Shown: positions 1-9,372, counted from the stretch's first letter. The stretch: DNA of 30,453 nt from Acaryochloridaceae cyanobacterium VAR_48_metabat_390 (GCA_031422435.1 JANPLU010000046.1:1-30453); one strand, 5' to 3'. Notes: a model not told the origin generated them from the letters alone. A program made the numbers and translations.

Positions 1-131
1 ACTTCGTGAGGCTGCATTGCGATGAATTGACCGCTTTTTATGGTGATGACGTTACGACCTCGGTAGAGATCTTCTAGAAGCAGACGCCAATCATGAGAAA
101 CTGTAGCCGTCGCAAGCGCTGAAGAAGTCAT
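1..131 (-). CDS. Crp/Fnr family transcriptional regulator, N-terminal part (runs off the window's left edge)
   Basis: Not in the ORF track. Manual translation from ATG at 131 gives MTSSALATATVSHDWRLLLEDLYRGRNVITIKSGQFIAMQPHEV, open to the edge. This resembles the N-terminus of small cyanobacterial Crp-family proteins (LLEELYxGR...SGQxI). Confidence 0.6.
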   Translation of the reverse strand, partial: MTSSALATATVSHDWRLLLEDLYRGRNVITIKSGQFIAMQPHE

Positions 132-335
132 TGCAGGCTAACCCATTTGGTTTTGACTTAGCTTAGCGCCGCAACGTCAATAGCAGGTAATGCATAGGTT
201 TTGGTTGGGTTAAGCTTTTGAAAGTCGAGAAAGTTTACGTGTAGGGCAACCGCTTGTGAATTGTGATTATGCTGAGCTTCCGCTCCGCTATACTGCGTGA
301 GCAAGGCTCAGCATTTTGTTCAGGAGGTCTAAACT

Positions 336-584
336 GTGCCCTGGTTTGTCAAAATTGAGCGCGGTGTTGTGGATAAATCGACGTTTGATCGGTTTGTGCC
401 AGCCCATCAGGCTTTTGTGCAAGCACTTAACGAGAAAGGGTATCAGGCAACCACAGGCTATTGGCGCGATAGCAGAGGGGGAATGCTCCTCTTTCAAGCA
501 GATTCTCGCACTGAAGCAGAACAGATTCTTGCCAAAGATCCTTTAATCGCAAATGGCTGCGTTGAGTATGAACTTCACGAATAG
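336..584 (+). CDS. YciI family protein (possibly truncated by a premature TAG)
   Basis: MPWFVKIExGxVDK...VPAH...TGYW...GGMLLF...DPL is the cyanobacterial YciI pattern. GTG start with AGGAGG at 322-327. Confidence 0.85.
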   Translation: MPWFVKIERGVVDKSTFDRFVPAHQAFVQALNEKGYQATTGYWRDSRGGMLLFQADSRTEAEQILAKDPLIANGCVEYELHE

Positions 585-700
585 GTGCAAACTATCCAAA
601 ATCCACGGTAAGTTCTGCTAATGAATTAGAAAATCTTCCCTATTTTTGGGGTGGTGGAGTAACTGATATTTTTGAGTAGGATGCCAGTCCTGAAAATGTT

Positions 701-2392
701 TTAGCTAAGATTCTCGTTCTGAGAGGCTACGCGATCGCCAGGCACAAGCTCTTCTAGTATCCTAAAGCGAATGTGATTAATCGCTAAATCCCCTAAAGAA
801 ATATGCTCCGGCTTGTCATCGGCCTTCATTTTGGTAAACGAGATCCCTTTGCCAATTTCGGTGTGGTACCAAGATAGACCCATAAAAAATCGCTCAGGGT
901 AAGGCCCTCGATCAACCGTATCGTCCACGTTAGACTCCATCGGTAGCCAGCCAATACCAGGCACATAAAACTCTAGCCAAACATGGTTGAAATCTGGTTC
1001 TAAAGGCAAATGACGAAGCTCTGGATGCTGAGGGCATTTGTAGCGCCCGATGGTGCGACAGGCAATTCCATTCAGTCGCGCTAAGGCCAGCAAAATCCCC
1101 ACGTATTCCCCGCAGGAGCCAATCCCCCGCGCTAGGGCGATGTCTGGGGTATCAATGCGGGGCTGAATGCCGTAAGAAAGCCGATCGTACACATAATTAC
1201 GGATCTTGAGCATTTTCCGCAGCACATTCGTTTCTGTGCCCACCGCCTCCTTTGCCGCCTGAAGAATGGTGGGCGTATCCATTGCAAGATCGTCGTCATC
1301 CACTAAATAGCGCTGCTGTAATTCCAGGGGCAACGGCAGGCTGCTATCAATATCCTCAGGGGATAGAGAATACTTAAGGCTATACATTTCAATGACGGCC
1401 TTCCAGCCTAATAGCCCACCCTGATGGGGCTGCACCTGGTCGAAGTTAAACACCGCGACCTGCTGTCCGTCCTGTTCTTCAAGGGTATATTCATGTCCGA
1501 TTGGCTCAACGTGACGCACCCTCTGCCGCAGCGTATTGGAGGGTAAAGCAATGCGCCACTGAACATTATTCAGCGTCACGGCTTCGGTGGGCAGCAGTTC
1601 TTCTACATAGGACAGCTCCACCAGATACCCATTAGAAAGCGTATAGCGGTCGGTCGGGCTGTGGTGAATGTGTAGCGGATGGATGAAAGTGCGATCGCGA
1701 AACGTCAGTTCATAGGGAAATTCTGCATTGGGATCATCCCGAATATAGGGTTCTTCATCAGCATAGGAAATATAGCAAACGGGTTCTTGGCCTGACTCAG
1801 GCGCATAAAACGCAATGCCTGTCGGGTCGCTAAAGGGCGTAAGCGCACTAAACTGAACGGCTCCCGTGGTGCGATTAAGGGAATAGACCGTCTGCTCCGC
1901 GCGATCGCACACCCACAGTGCATCTTCAAATACCGTTAGCGTTTCAGTACCCATCCCAGGCTGCGGAAAGCGCCCGATCCGCTCCCCCGTGCTTTGCTCA
2001 AAAACATGGATATAGCCAGACTTCTGACAGCTCACATATATGGCAGACTCCCACACTGCCACCCCAGTTACGGGATAGGGCAGTCGCGTAAAGACGGTTG
2101 ATGTAAGGGTTTTGCGATCGCACCAAAATACCTCCTGTCCCTTTGCAAACCAAATCTTATCCTGCCAAACGGCTACACCCGTCGCACCGATCCACTCAGA
2201 AACATGGTGAGGATTTAAGATGCTTGTATTATTAGTGCGAGGATCCACATGCACCAAATACCCGCGCAATAAATCCACAGCGAGTAAATGATCCCCATCA
2301 GAGGCAAGACCAGACAGGGCATAAACGCCAATGGGACGAATTGTAGAATACTGCAATGATGGCTCAGAAAACGGGCTTTCAGGCTTCGGCAT
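701..2392 (-). CDS. Transglutaminase-like domain protein with N-terminal beta-propeller-like repeats
   Basis: C-terminal GSCGEY...LARLNGIACRT...NHVWLEFYVPGIGWLPME is a transglutaminase-like core. The N-terminus has repeated GLA/GVA/GIA-xxxxxxW blades. Confidence 0.85.
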   Translation of the reverse strand: MPKPESPFSEPSLQYSTIRPIGVYALSGLASDGDHLLAVDLLRGYLVHVDPRTNNTSILNPHHVSEWIGATGVAVWQDKIWFAKGQEVFWCDRKTLTSTVFTRLPYPVTGVAVWESAIYVSCQKSGYIHVFEQSTGERIGRFPQPGMGTETLTVFEDALWVCDRAEQTVYSLNRTTGAVQFSALTPFSDPTGIAFYAPESGQEPVCYISYADEEPYIRDDPNAEFPYELTFRDRTFIHPLHIHHSPTDRYTLSNGYLVELSYVEELLPTEAVTLNNVQWRIALPSNTLRQRVRHVEPIGHEYTLEEQDGQQVAVFNFDQVQPHQGGLLGWKAVIEMYSLKYSLSPEDIDSSLPLPLELQQRYLVDDDDLAMDTPTILQAAKEAVGTETNVLRKMLKIRNYVYDRLSYGIQPRIDTPDIALARGIGSCGEYVGILLALARLNGIACRTIGRYKCPQHPELRHLPLEPDFNHVWLEFYVPGIGWLPMESNVDDTVDRGPYPERFFMGLSWYHTEIGKGISFTKMKADDKPEHISLGDLAINHIRFRILEELVPGDRVASQNENLS

Positions 2393-2481
2393 AATTCAAC
2401 GGCTTACTAGGTCTACCAAACTCTATCGCCCTCAAGGTAAAATCAGGTCTACCTCAATACGCTGAATCAGATGAGACTAGC

Positions 2482-2715
2482 ATGAAAGTTGTTTATGACC
2501 CAGATAAGGATATTTTACAAATCACTTTCGTGGAAACGACTATTGAAGAAACAGCTCAAATCGCACCAGGCTTAGTGCTGGACTATGACGAAGATGGAAA
2601 CGTCATTGGTCTAGAGCTGGTTAACGCATCCACAAGAATGGATAACCCTCAGAATATTTCTTATCTTATTGGCAAAGCAAACACTGATAAGCCGCAGCTA
2701 AGCGGTCACGGTTAA
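2482..2715 (+). CDS. DUF2283 domain protein
   Basis: MKVVYDPDKDILQI...GLVLDYDEDGNVIGLEL.NAS is the DUF2283 signature. Confidence 0.85.
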   Translation: MKVVYDPDKDILQITFVETTIEETAQIAPGLVLDYDEDGNVIGLELVNASTRMDNPQNISYLIGKANTDKPQLSGHG

Positions 2716-2754
2716 ATACAGTCAGCTCTTAGTTCTTTGAAAGAGGGGGCGGTC

Positions 2755-2976
2755 TTAGTCGTTAATCCAAGACTCTTTGCCTGTTAGCTCAATGACGCGA
2801 TCTCGCAGCAAGAAGTTGTTCGCTGCCAGTTGATGCTCAACATTCTGCCATTGGCGATCGCCAAAGTATCGGCTTAGCTCATAGATACGCTGCTGGCGAC
2901 CCACTGAGCCGCGAGCAACCAAAGCCCGAACTTCGTCTTGAATGTCAGTAATAGAATCTAGTGCAATAGTAGGCAT
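2755..2976 (-). CDS. DUF4327 family protein
   Basis: SITDIQDEVRALV..G.VGRQQRIY.L...W..VE..L...FLLRD.V.EL.GKESW.ND matches cyanobacterial DUF4327. The ATG at 2976 is preferred over 3018 because the family similarity begins there. Confidence 0.8.
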   Translation of the reverse strand: MPTIALDSITDIQDEVRALVARGSVGRQQRIYELSRYFGDRQWQNVEHQLAANNFLLRDRVIELTGKESWIND

Positions 2977-3174
2977 CGTTAATTTCCCCGCAAATAAAAT
3001 AAAAATTAGATGAATCATGCGTCTGTACTTTCACAGACAGATTTTTAAGAAAGCCCCGTTACAAGCGCTAAAAGAAACCCATAGTATTTGCGCTATTACT
3101 CAGCCTGCGTTGCTTTTAGCTAAATGCTAATCGTGAATAAAATTTAACTGCTCTTGACCTGGTGCAACATAACT

Positions 3175-3188
3175 GTAGTGTACGTTAC
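3175..3188. promoter_or_regulatory. Candidate NtcA box (GTA-N8-TAC) in the DUF4327/argZ divergent intergenic region
   Basis: tGTAGTGTACGTTAC is an exact GTA-N8-TAC, about 185 nt upstream of argZ. No canonical TAN3T was found 22 nt downstream. Confidence 0.4.
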
Positions 3189-3372
3189 TGATTCGGTCGC
3201 GTACCACTTAAAGGTCAAGAGTTCATGACGTTGTAGCAGGACTTTAGAGCAAGGGATTTGTCAGCAATGCTTCAAAGTAAAAGACCGCAGGTCGCTATGA
3301 TAAAAAATGCCAAATGCTGTAAAGCTATCAATGGCCTTCCGCCAACCAATACCCATCAACCTTGAGTAAACC

Positions 3373-5475
3373 ATGACTGATTCAATTCAAATCTTGATGT
3401 GTGCCCCTCATCATTACGATGTTGATTACGTCATCAATCCATGGATGGAAGGAAACATCCATCGCTCCTCGCGCGAACGAGCTGAGGCGCAGTGGAATCA
3501 GCTTTATAAAGTCTTGAAAACCTACGCAGAAGTGACTTTAGTAGAGCCACAGCCAGGATGGCCAGATATGGTTTTTACCGCAAATGCCGGATTGGTTTTG
3601 GGCAATACGGTTGTCCTTAGCCGCTTTTTCCATCCTGAGCGGCAGGGAGAAGAACCTTTCTTCCAGCAGTGGTTTGAGGATAATGGCTATACCGTTTATA
3701 CGCTGCCCAAAAGTTTACCCTTTGAAGGTGCAGGCGATGCGTTACTGGATCGTGCCGGACGGTATCTATGGGCAGGCTATGGCTTTCGCTCTGAACTCGA
3801 TTCTCATCCCTACTTGGCAAAGTGGCTGGATGTAGAGGTGCTGTCTTTGCGACTAGTAGATCGGCGCTTTTATCACCTAGATACCTGTTTTTGCCCGCTC
3901 ACTGACGGATATCTGCTGTATTATCCAGCCGCCTTTGATACTTATTCCAATCGCATGATTGAACTACGCGTCCCCGCCGAGAAGCGAATCCCCATAGATG
4001 AAGTGGATGCGGTCAATTTTGCCTGTAATTCGGTGAATATTAACCGCGTTGTGGTGATGAATAAAGCCAGTGACGGCCTGAAGCAAATCTTAGGCGATCG
4101 CGGTTTTACAGTGGTCGAAACGCCTCTGACAGAATTCCTAAAAGCAGGCGGCGCGGCAAAATGCTTAACCCTACGGACGACGGAGCCGCGCCCAGAGTCG
4201 CCTCAATCCTCTTCAATTCAAAGCCGAGTGATTCATCTTGAAGGCCATTTGCTCGATTCTGGTCTGGTGAATCAGGTGCTAGACACCATTGTGGCAGGGG
4301 GCGGCAGCTTTCAGGTGCTTAATTTTCACCTCGGTGAACAGCGTCAAGATGCATCGGTTGCAGAGGTTAAAGTCTCAGCGCCAGATCTAGAGGTGATGGC
4401 AGACATCATGGGACAGCTCATTGACCTGGGTGCTATCGGCGTGACGGAAGAAGCGGCAGAGGCGCATCTCGCGGCAGTCCCTCAAGCGGGGGTCGCACCG
4501 GATGATTTCTATGTCAGCACGATTTACCCGACGGAGGTATTGATTGCGGGGCAGTGGGTTAAGGTTCAGGGGCAGCGGATGGATGGGGCGATCGCCGTCA
4601 CAACTTCTCATGAAGGGTCTATCGCACGCTGCAAGCTGTTGCGAGATTTGCAGGTGGGCGAATCGGTGGTGGTGGGCAGCGAGGGCATTCGCACCAAGCG
4701 CAATACGACCACCCTTAAAAAAAGCTCAGCCGAAGAATTCAGCTTTATGGGGGCTGGGGTTTCAAGTGAGCGTCGGGTAGAGCTGGTAGTAGAACAAATT
4801 GCCTGGGATCTGCGCCGGATTCGAGATCAGGGCGGTAAAGCCGTGGTTACGGCAGGGCCTGTGGTCATTCACACGGGCGGCAGCGAACATCTCAATAAGC
4901 TGATCCGAGAGGGATATGTCCATGCGCTGCTGGGGGGCAATGCGATCGCCGTCCACGATATTGAGCAGTCGCTCATGGGCACTTCTTTAGGGGTTGACAT
5001 GCAGCGCGGCGTTTCAGTGCATGGAGGGCATCGCCACCATCTTAAGGCCATCAATACTATTCGGCGCTGCGGCAGCATTGCGAAGGCCGTGGAGCAGGGA
5101 GTGTTACGCAGCGGCGTAATGTACGAATGCGTGAAGCATAACGTTCCCTTTTCGCTGGCGGGATCGATTCGGGATGATGGCCCTCTGCCAGACACCAAGA
5201 TGGATTTGATTGAAGCTCAGGCCGACTATGCCCGTCTCATTGAGGGCGCTGACCTGATTTTGATGCTGTCGAGTATGCTCCATTCCATTGGCGTGGGGAA
5301 CATGACCCCTGCGGGAGTGAAGATGGTCTGCGTGGATATTAATCCGGCGGTGGTGACTAAGCTGAGCGATCGCGGTTCGATTGAGTCGATTGGCGTTGTG
5401 ACGGACGTGGGGCTATTTCTGAGCCTTTTGGTGCAGCAGCTCAATAAGCTGACTGGGCAGTATGCGCGTCTGTAG
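3373..5475 (+). CDS. argZ: Arginine dihydrolase / ornithine cyclodeaminase ArgZ (AgrE), TIGR00300 family
   Basis: 700 aa. N-terminal amidinotransferase-fold domain (YVINPWM, DMVFTAN, FYHLDTCF, LKAGGAAKCLT), then GHLLDSG and a C-terminal GPVVIHTG...GSIRDDGPLPDT...VCVDINP region. Confidence 0.93.
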   Translation: MTDSIQILMCAPHHYDVDYVINPWMEGNIHRSSRERAEAQWNQLYKVLKTYAEVTLVEPQPGWPDMVFTANAGLVLGNTVVLSRFFHPERQGEEPFFQQWFEDNGYTVYTLPKSLPFEGAGDALLDRAGRYLWAGYGFRSELDSHPYLAKWLDVEVLSLRLVDRRFYHLDTCFCPLTDGYLLYYPAAFDTYSNRMIELRVPAEKRIPIDEVDAVNFACNSVNINRVVVMNKASDGLKQILGDRGFTVVETPLTEFLKAGGAAKCLTLRTTEPRPESPQSSSIQSRVIHLEGHLLDSGLVNQVLDTIVAGGGSFQVLNFHLGEQRQDASVAEVKVSAPDLEVMADIMGQLIDLGAIGVTEEAAEAHLAAVPQAGVAPDDFYVSTIYPTEVLIAGQWVKVQGQRMDGAIAVTTSHEGSIARCKLLRDLQVGESVVVGSEGIRTKRNTTTLKKSSAEEFSFMGAGVSSERRVELVVEQIAWDLRRIRDQGGKAVVTAGPVVIHTGGSEHLNKLIREGYVHALLGGNAIAVHDIEQSLMGTSLGVDMQRGVSVHGGHRHHLKAINTIRRCGSIAKAVEQGVLRSGVMYECVKHNVPFSLAGSIRDDGPLPDTKMDLIEAQADYARLIEGADLILMLSSMLHSIGVGNMTPAGVKMVCVDINPAVVTKLSDRGSIESIGVVTDVGLFLSLLVQQLNKLTGQYARL

Positions 5476-5566
5476 CTTTGTGTGCCAGCGTTATTAAAAG
5501 CGTCAACAAAAGCGGCCTAGGATCGGGAATTCAATAACTTGCAGAATGGGTAAGAGACTTTAATAT

Positions 5567-5661
5567 CTTGCACGCCCTTATCCCCTAGCCCCTTCTCTCT
5601 AGGGAGAAGGGGAAATCAGACTCTTGCTCCCTCTCCTTCGGGAGAGGGCTGGGGTGAGGGG
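5567..5661 (+). repeat. Dispersed GC-rich double-hairpin (REP/SDR-like) repeat, copy 1
   Basis: CCCCTTCTCTCTAGGGAGAAGGGG...CCCTCTCCTTCGGGAGAGGG-CTGGGGTGAGGGG. Near-identical to the reverse complement of 9373-9465. Lies between the convergent argZ and pntB. Confidence 0.9.
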
Positions 5662-5690
5662 AAATCTGGCTTTTATTTAATTTGCGACCC

Positions 5691-7124
5691 TTAGGCTGCT
5701 GCTACTAATGCTGGTGTTGCTGCATCCTCTTGCGCTAGCATCCCGCGAACTGCGTCCACGTTTTTACGAGCATCGCCAAACAGCATCAAGGTGTTGTCTT
5801 TGTAAAATAAAGGATTATCCACCCCAGCATAGCCACTCGCCATACTGCGCTTCATCACAATTACCTGTTTAGCATGCCAGACTTCTAGCACAGGCATCCC
5901 CGCAATTGGGCTATTGGGGTCTTCCAACGCGCTGGGGTTGACCGTATCGTTGGCTCCAATCACCAGCACCACGTCGGTTTTTTCAAAATCTTCGTTAATT
6001 TCATCCATCTCCAGCACGATGTCGTAGGGCACGCTAGCCTCTGCCAGCAGCACATTCATGTGCCCTGGAAGCCTTCCGGCAACGGGATGGATACCAAAGC
6101 GGACATTGACACCGCGATCGCGCAGAATCCGCGTAATGTCTGCCACTGCGTGCTGGGCTTGAGCCACCGCCATGCCGTAGCCCGGAGCAATAATCACGCT
6201 ACGGGCATTGTTCAATAGCTCCACAGTTTCATCAACGGTGGTTGAAGTGGCTTCGCCTTCAATAGCCTTCGCGGCACCCGTTGCTTTGCCTGTACCAAAG
6301 CCGCCCAAAATTACGCTAATAAACGAGCGGTTCATGGCTTTACACATGATGTAGCTGAGGATGGCTCCGCTGCTGCCCACGAGCGCTCCTGTAATAATCA
6401 GAAGGTCGTTATTGAGCATAAACCCAGCCGCTGCTGCCGCCCAGCCAGAGTAGCTGTTGAGCATCGAAATAACCACAGGCATATCCGCTCCGCCGATCGC
6501 CGCGACTAAATGCAGCCCTAACAGACAGGCGATCGCCGTCATAATCAGCAAAGGCTGAAGCCCAGTGGGGGCATCGGTACCCATAAACTGTACGCCCAAT
6601 ATGACACTACCCACCAAAAAACTGATATTGAGCACGTGGCGACCGGGCAGCATCAAAGGTTTACTGCTGATTAGCTCTCGCAGTTTGGCAAAGGCCACAA
6701 TCGAGCCAGCAAAGGTAACGGCTCCAATAAACACGCCCAGATAAATTTCGATTTGGTGAATGCTTGCCTCAGTCCCGACCAGGGTAGCTTCTTCGCTGAG
6801 GTAGTTGCCGATGCCCACCAAAACGGCAGCAAGCCCCACAAAGCTATGCAGAATTGCCACCAGTTCCGGCATGGAGGTCATGGCAACTCGTGAGGCTAAG
6901 GTTGCCCCAATTAAAGCGCCAGGGATAATCATGGCGGCGAGGGTGCCATAGCCGGTGATATTGAGATGACCGCTTAAGGCCGTGGCAAGAAAGGCGATCG
7001 CCATGCCGATAATGCCAAACAGGTTGCCTTTACGAGCGGTTTCTTGGTTAGAAAGTCCGGCAAGGCTCAGGATAAATAGGGCGCTGGCTGCAATGTAGGC
7101 AACCGTGACTAGACTGCTGTTCAT
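5691..7124 (-). CDS. pntB: NAD(P)+ transhydrogenase subunit beta
   Basis: [82 protein letters not shown]. Confidence 0.97.
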   Translation of the reverse strand: MNSSLVTVAYIAASALFILSLAGLSNQETARKGNLFGIIGMAIAFLATALSGHLNITGYGTLAAMIIPGALIGATLASRVAMTSMPELVAILHSFVGLAAVLVGIGNYLSEEATLVGTEASIHQIEIYLGVFIGAVTFAGSIVAFAKLRELISSKPLMLPGRHVLNISFLVGSVILGVQFMGTDAPTGLQPLLIMTAIACLLGLHLVAAIGGADMPVVISMLNSYSGWAAAAAGFMLNNDLLIITGALVGSSGAILSYIMCKAMNRSFISVILGGFGTGKATGAAKAIEGEATSTTVDETVELLNNARSVIIAPGYGMAVAQAQHAVADITRILRDRGVNVRFGIHPVAGRLPGHMNVLLAEASVPYDIVLEMDEINEDFEKTDVVLVIGANDTVNPSALEDPNSPIAGMPVLEVWHAKQVIVMKRSMASGYAGVDNPLFYKDNTLMLFGDARKNVDAVRGMLAQEDAATPALVAAA

Positions 7125-7199
7125 AACGTGCTAATACTTTTCAAACTGCTGTGGCGCTTTTGATACTTGAAAGATTGAGGATTCTTGCGTACTGTTATG

Positions 7200-7292
7200 C
7201 CCCTCATCCCAACCCTTCTCCCAAGGGGAGAAGGGCTAAGTCCGTCCATATTGCTCCCCTCGCCCTCTGGGAGAGGGGCTGGGGGTGAGGGG
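7200..7292 (+). repeat. Dispersed GC-rich double-hairpin repeat, copy 2 (pntA-pntB intercistronic)
   Basis: CCCTTCTCCCAAGGGGAGAAGGG...CCCCTCGCCCTCTGGGAGAGGGG-CTGGGGGTGAGGGG. Same layout and orientation as copy 1; ends 2 bp from the pntA stop codon. Confidence 0.88.
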
Positions 7293-7294
7293 CT

Positions 7295-8917
7295 TTACCT
7301 ACGGAACATATTCAGCATTCGCTGCGTAACCCAGAACCCTCCGGCAATGTTGATGGTGCCCACTAAAATCGCGATCGCCCCCAATACGGTAGTCGGCGAA
7401 GTTAACGGCCCTGAAATTTGCAGCATCCCACCCAAGATGATGATGCCGCTAATGGCGTTGGTGACGCTCATGAGAGGGGTATGGAGCGCAGGTGCCACGT
7501 TCCAGATCACCTGCCAACCTACAAAGCAGGCCAGCACAAACACAATAAAGTGAGACAAAAACGATTCTGGTGCGCCTAAGCCCATGCCCAGCAGCGCCAA
7601 GCCTACAACAATTATCCACACCCAGCCGCTAGATTTCTTGGCAGGTTTTGCTTCAGCCGCTTCAGCCACTTTCCTTTGGGCGGCAGGTGCAGGCGTGACT
7701 GGCTGCGGTGGAGCAGCAGGTTTTGGTGCAGGCCAAGTGATTTTCCCGTCGTGAAGCACCAAGGCACCGCGCACCACTTCATCGTCGTAGTTAATGGCGT
7801 AGTTTTCAGACCCGCCCATGTCTTTGAGCAGATGGCACAGGTTGGTGCCGTAAAGCTGACTGGCCTGGTTCGCCATGCGGCTGGGTAAATCCGTCAGGCC
7901 GATCACCGCAACGTCATGGTAGCGATAGATTTCGCCAGGGCGGGTCACTTCACAGTTGCCACCCTGCTCTGCCGCCATGTCCACAATCACAGAACCCGCC
8001 TTCATGCTTTCCACCATCTCGCGGGTGATGAGCTTGGGTGCAGGTCTGCCAGGGATTAGTGCCGTGGTGACAATAATGTCTACGTCTTTCGCCTGAGCTG
8101 CAAATAGCGCCATTTCTGCGGCAATAAATTCAGGACTCATTTCTTTGGCATAGCCCCCTGCCCCAGAGCCATCTTCTTGAAAGTTCAGCTCCAAGAACTC
8201 GGCACCCATACTCTGCACCTGTTCTTTGACCACAGGACGAGTATCAAAGGCACGAACGATCGCCCCCATACTCCGCGCCGCGCCAATGGCAGCTAACCCA
8301 GCCACGCCAGCCCCTATCACCATCACTTTCGCAGGTGGGACTTTACCAGCGGCGGTAATTTGCCCTGTAAAAAAGCGACCAAACTGATGGGCGGCTTCCA
8401 CAATTGCACGGTAGCCCGCAAGGTTTGCCGTGGAGCTAAGGGCATCCATCTTCTGCGCCCGTGTGATGCGGGGGATGGAGTCCATCGCAATTACGGTGGC
8501 GTTGCGCTCGGCAAGCTGGTTTAGCAGTTCTGCATTTTGGGCAGGCCAGATAAAGCTGATCAGGGTTTGGTCTGCACGTAACAGCTCTGCTTCGTGGATG
8601 CCCAGTTCAGGATGCTGCTGGGGGGCACGGACCTTGAGGATGATGTCTGCGATCGCCCATAGTTCCTGGGGATCCGTGGCGATATGACATCCTGCCTGGC
8701 TATAGCTAGCGTCTGAGAAATTTGCCAGGGCACCAGCGTCTGACTCCACCCAAACCTCAAATCCCATTTTTTGAAGCACTTGGGCGGTTGCAGGAGTAGC
8801 CGCGACCCGCTGTTCTTCGAGGTACACTTCTTTGGGAATCCCCACTTTAAGCGACGGTCTTGCCATAGGCTCCAGGGATTCCGAAACCTGAAGTGCTGGC
8901 TCTACTGCAATGGTCAT
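7295..8917 (-). CDS. pntA: NAD(P)+ transhydrogenase subunit alpha
   Basis: EQRVAATP, RAQKMDALSS, GAGVAGLAA, GGYAK, TTALIPG, ALHTPLMSVTNAISG, RMLNMF. AAGGAG RBS upstream. Confidence 0.97.
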   Translation of the reverse strand: MTIAVEPALQVSESLEPMARPSLKVGIPKEVYLEEQRVAATPATAQVLQKMGFEVWVESDAGALANFSDASYSQAGCHIATDPQELWAIADIILKVRAPQQHPELGIHEAELLRADQTLISFIWPAQNAELLNQLAERNATVIAMDSIPRITRAQKMDALSSTANLAGYRAIVEAAHQFGRFFTGQITAAGKVPPAKVMVIGAGVAGLAAIGAARSMGAIVRAFDTRPVVKEQVQSMGAEFLELNFQEDGSGAGGYAKEMSPEFIAAEMALFAAQAKDVDIIVTTALIPGRPAPKLITREMVESMKAGSVIVDMAAEQGGNCEVTRPGEIYRYHDVAVIGLTDLPSRMANQASQLYGTNLCHLLKDMGGSENYAINYDDEVVRGALVLHDGKITWPAPKPAAPPQPVTPAPAAQRKVAEAAEAKPAKKSSGWVWIIVVGLALLGMGLGAPESFLSHFIVFVLACFVGWQVIWNVAPALHTPLMSVTNAISGIIILGGMLQISGPLTSPTTVLGAIAILVGTINIAGGFWVTQRMLNMFRR

Positions 8918-8966
8918 GGTCGCTCCTTAAAGACACAAATTGGGTGAGGTGAACGTCACCAAGGGC

Positions 8967-9076
8967 TATACCAATTTTGAAACCCTAGGGTGTGGCTTGA
9001 GACTCCTTTGTTTAGTGACGCAGGGAATACGATGAACGGTGTTTAGCGGGGAGGTACAGCCTAGGAAATTGGTATA
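8967..9076. mobile_element. Putative 110-bp MITE with TA ends and terminal inverted repeats
   Basis: Left end TATACCAATTT (8967-8977) is the exact reverse complement of right end AAATTGGTATA (9066-9076). Internal CCTAGGGTGT pairs 9/10 with ACAGCCTAGG. No coding capacity. Confidence 0.6.
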
Positions 9077-9278
9077 AATTCTTTAACTTTAACTTAAGCC
9101 GCATCCTCAACGATCCCCAAAAACTAAGGCAAATTCGTAATGTGTCTTCATTGAATTATGAAGATTCATGCTTGATTTTCCTGGAACAGGCAAGTCTTGC
9201 TTTTGAAAAGGATTGTCAGTGTGCTAAGAAGCCAGACAGGACGGGAGTTGCTTGCCAAAGGATGCAGAGCACTAAAAA

Positions 9279-9346
9279 ATCCCGTTCATCTATCCGCTAT
9301 CCGCAGATATTGAACGGGATCGAATCTCTAGGATTGGGTCTAGAGA
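9279..9346. other. Two adjacent hairpins in the pntA upstream region
   Basis: ATCCCGTTCA (9279-9288) / TGAACGGGAT (9311-9320) is a perfect 10-bp stem with tandem TATCCGC in the loop. TCTCTAG/CTAGAGA forms a 7-bp stem at 9325-9346. Confidence 0.5.
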
Positions 9347-9372
9347 GCATGTTAATAACGCCCAATTTAAGA

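Noticed and set aside
7185..7553. 122-aa + strand ORF containing PLIPTLLPRGEG...PSPSGRGAGGEG
   Set aside because: It is a translation of repeat copy 2 plus the antisense strand of pntA, not a gene.
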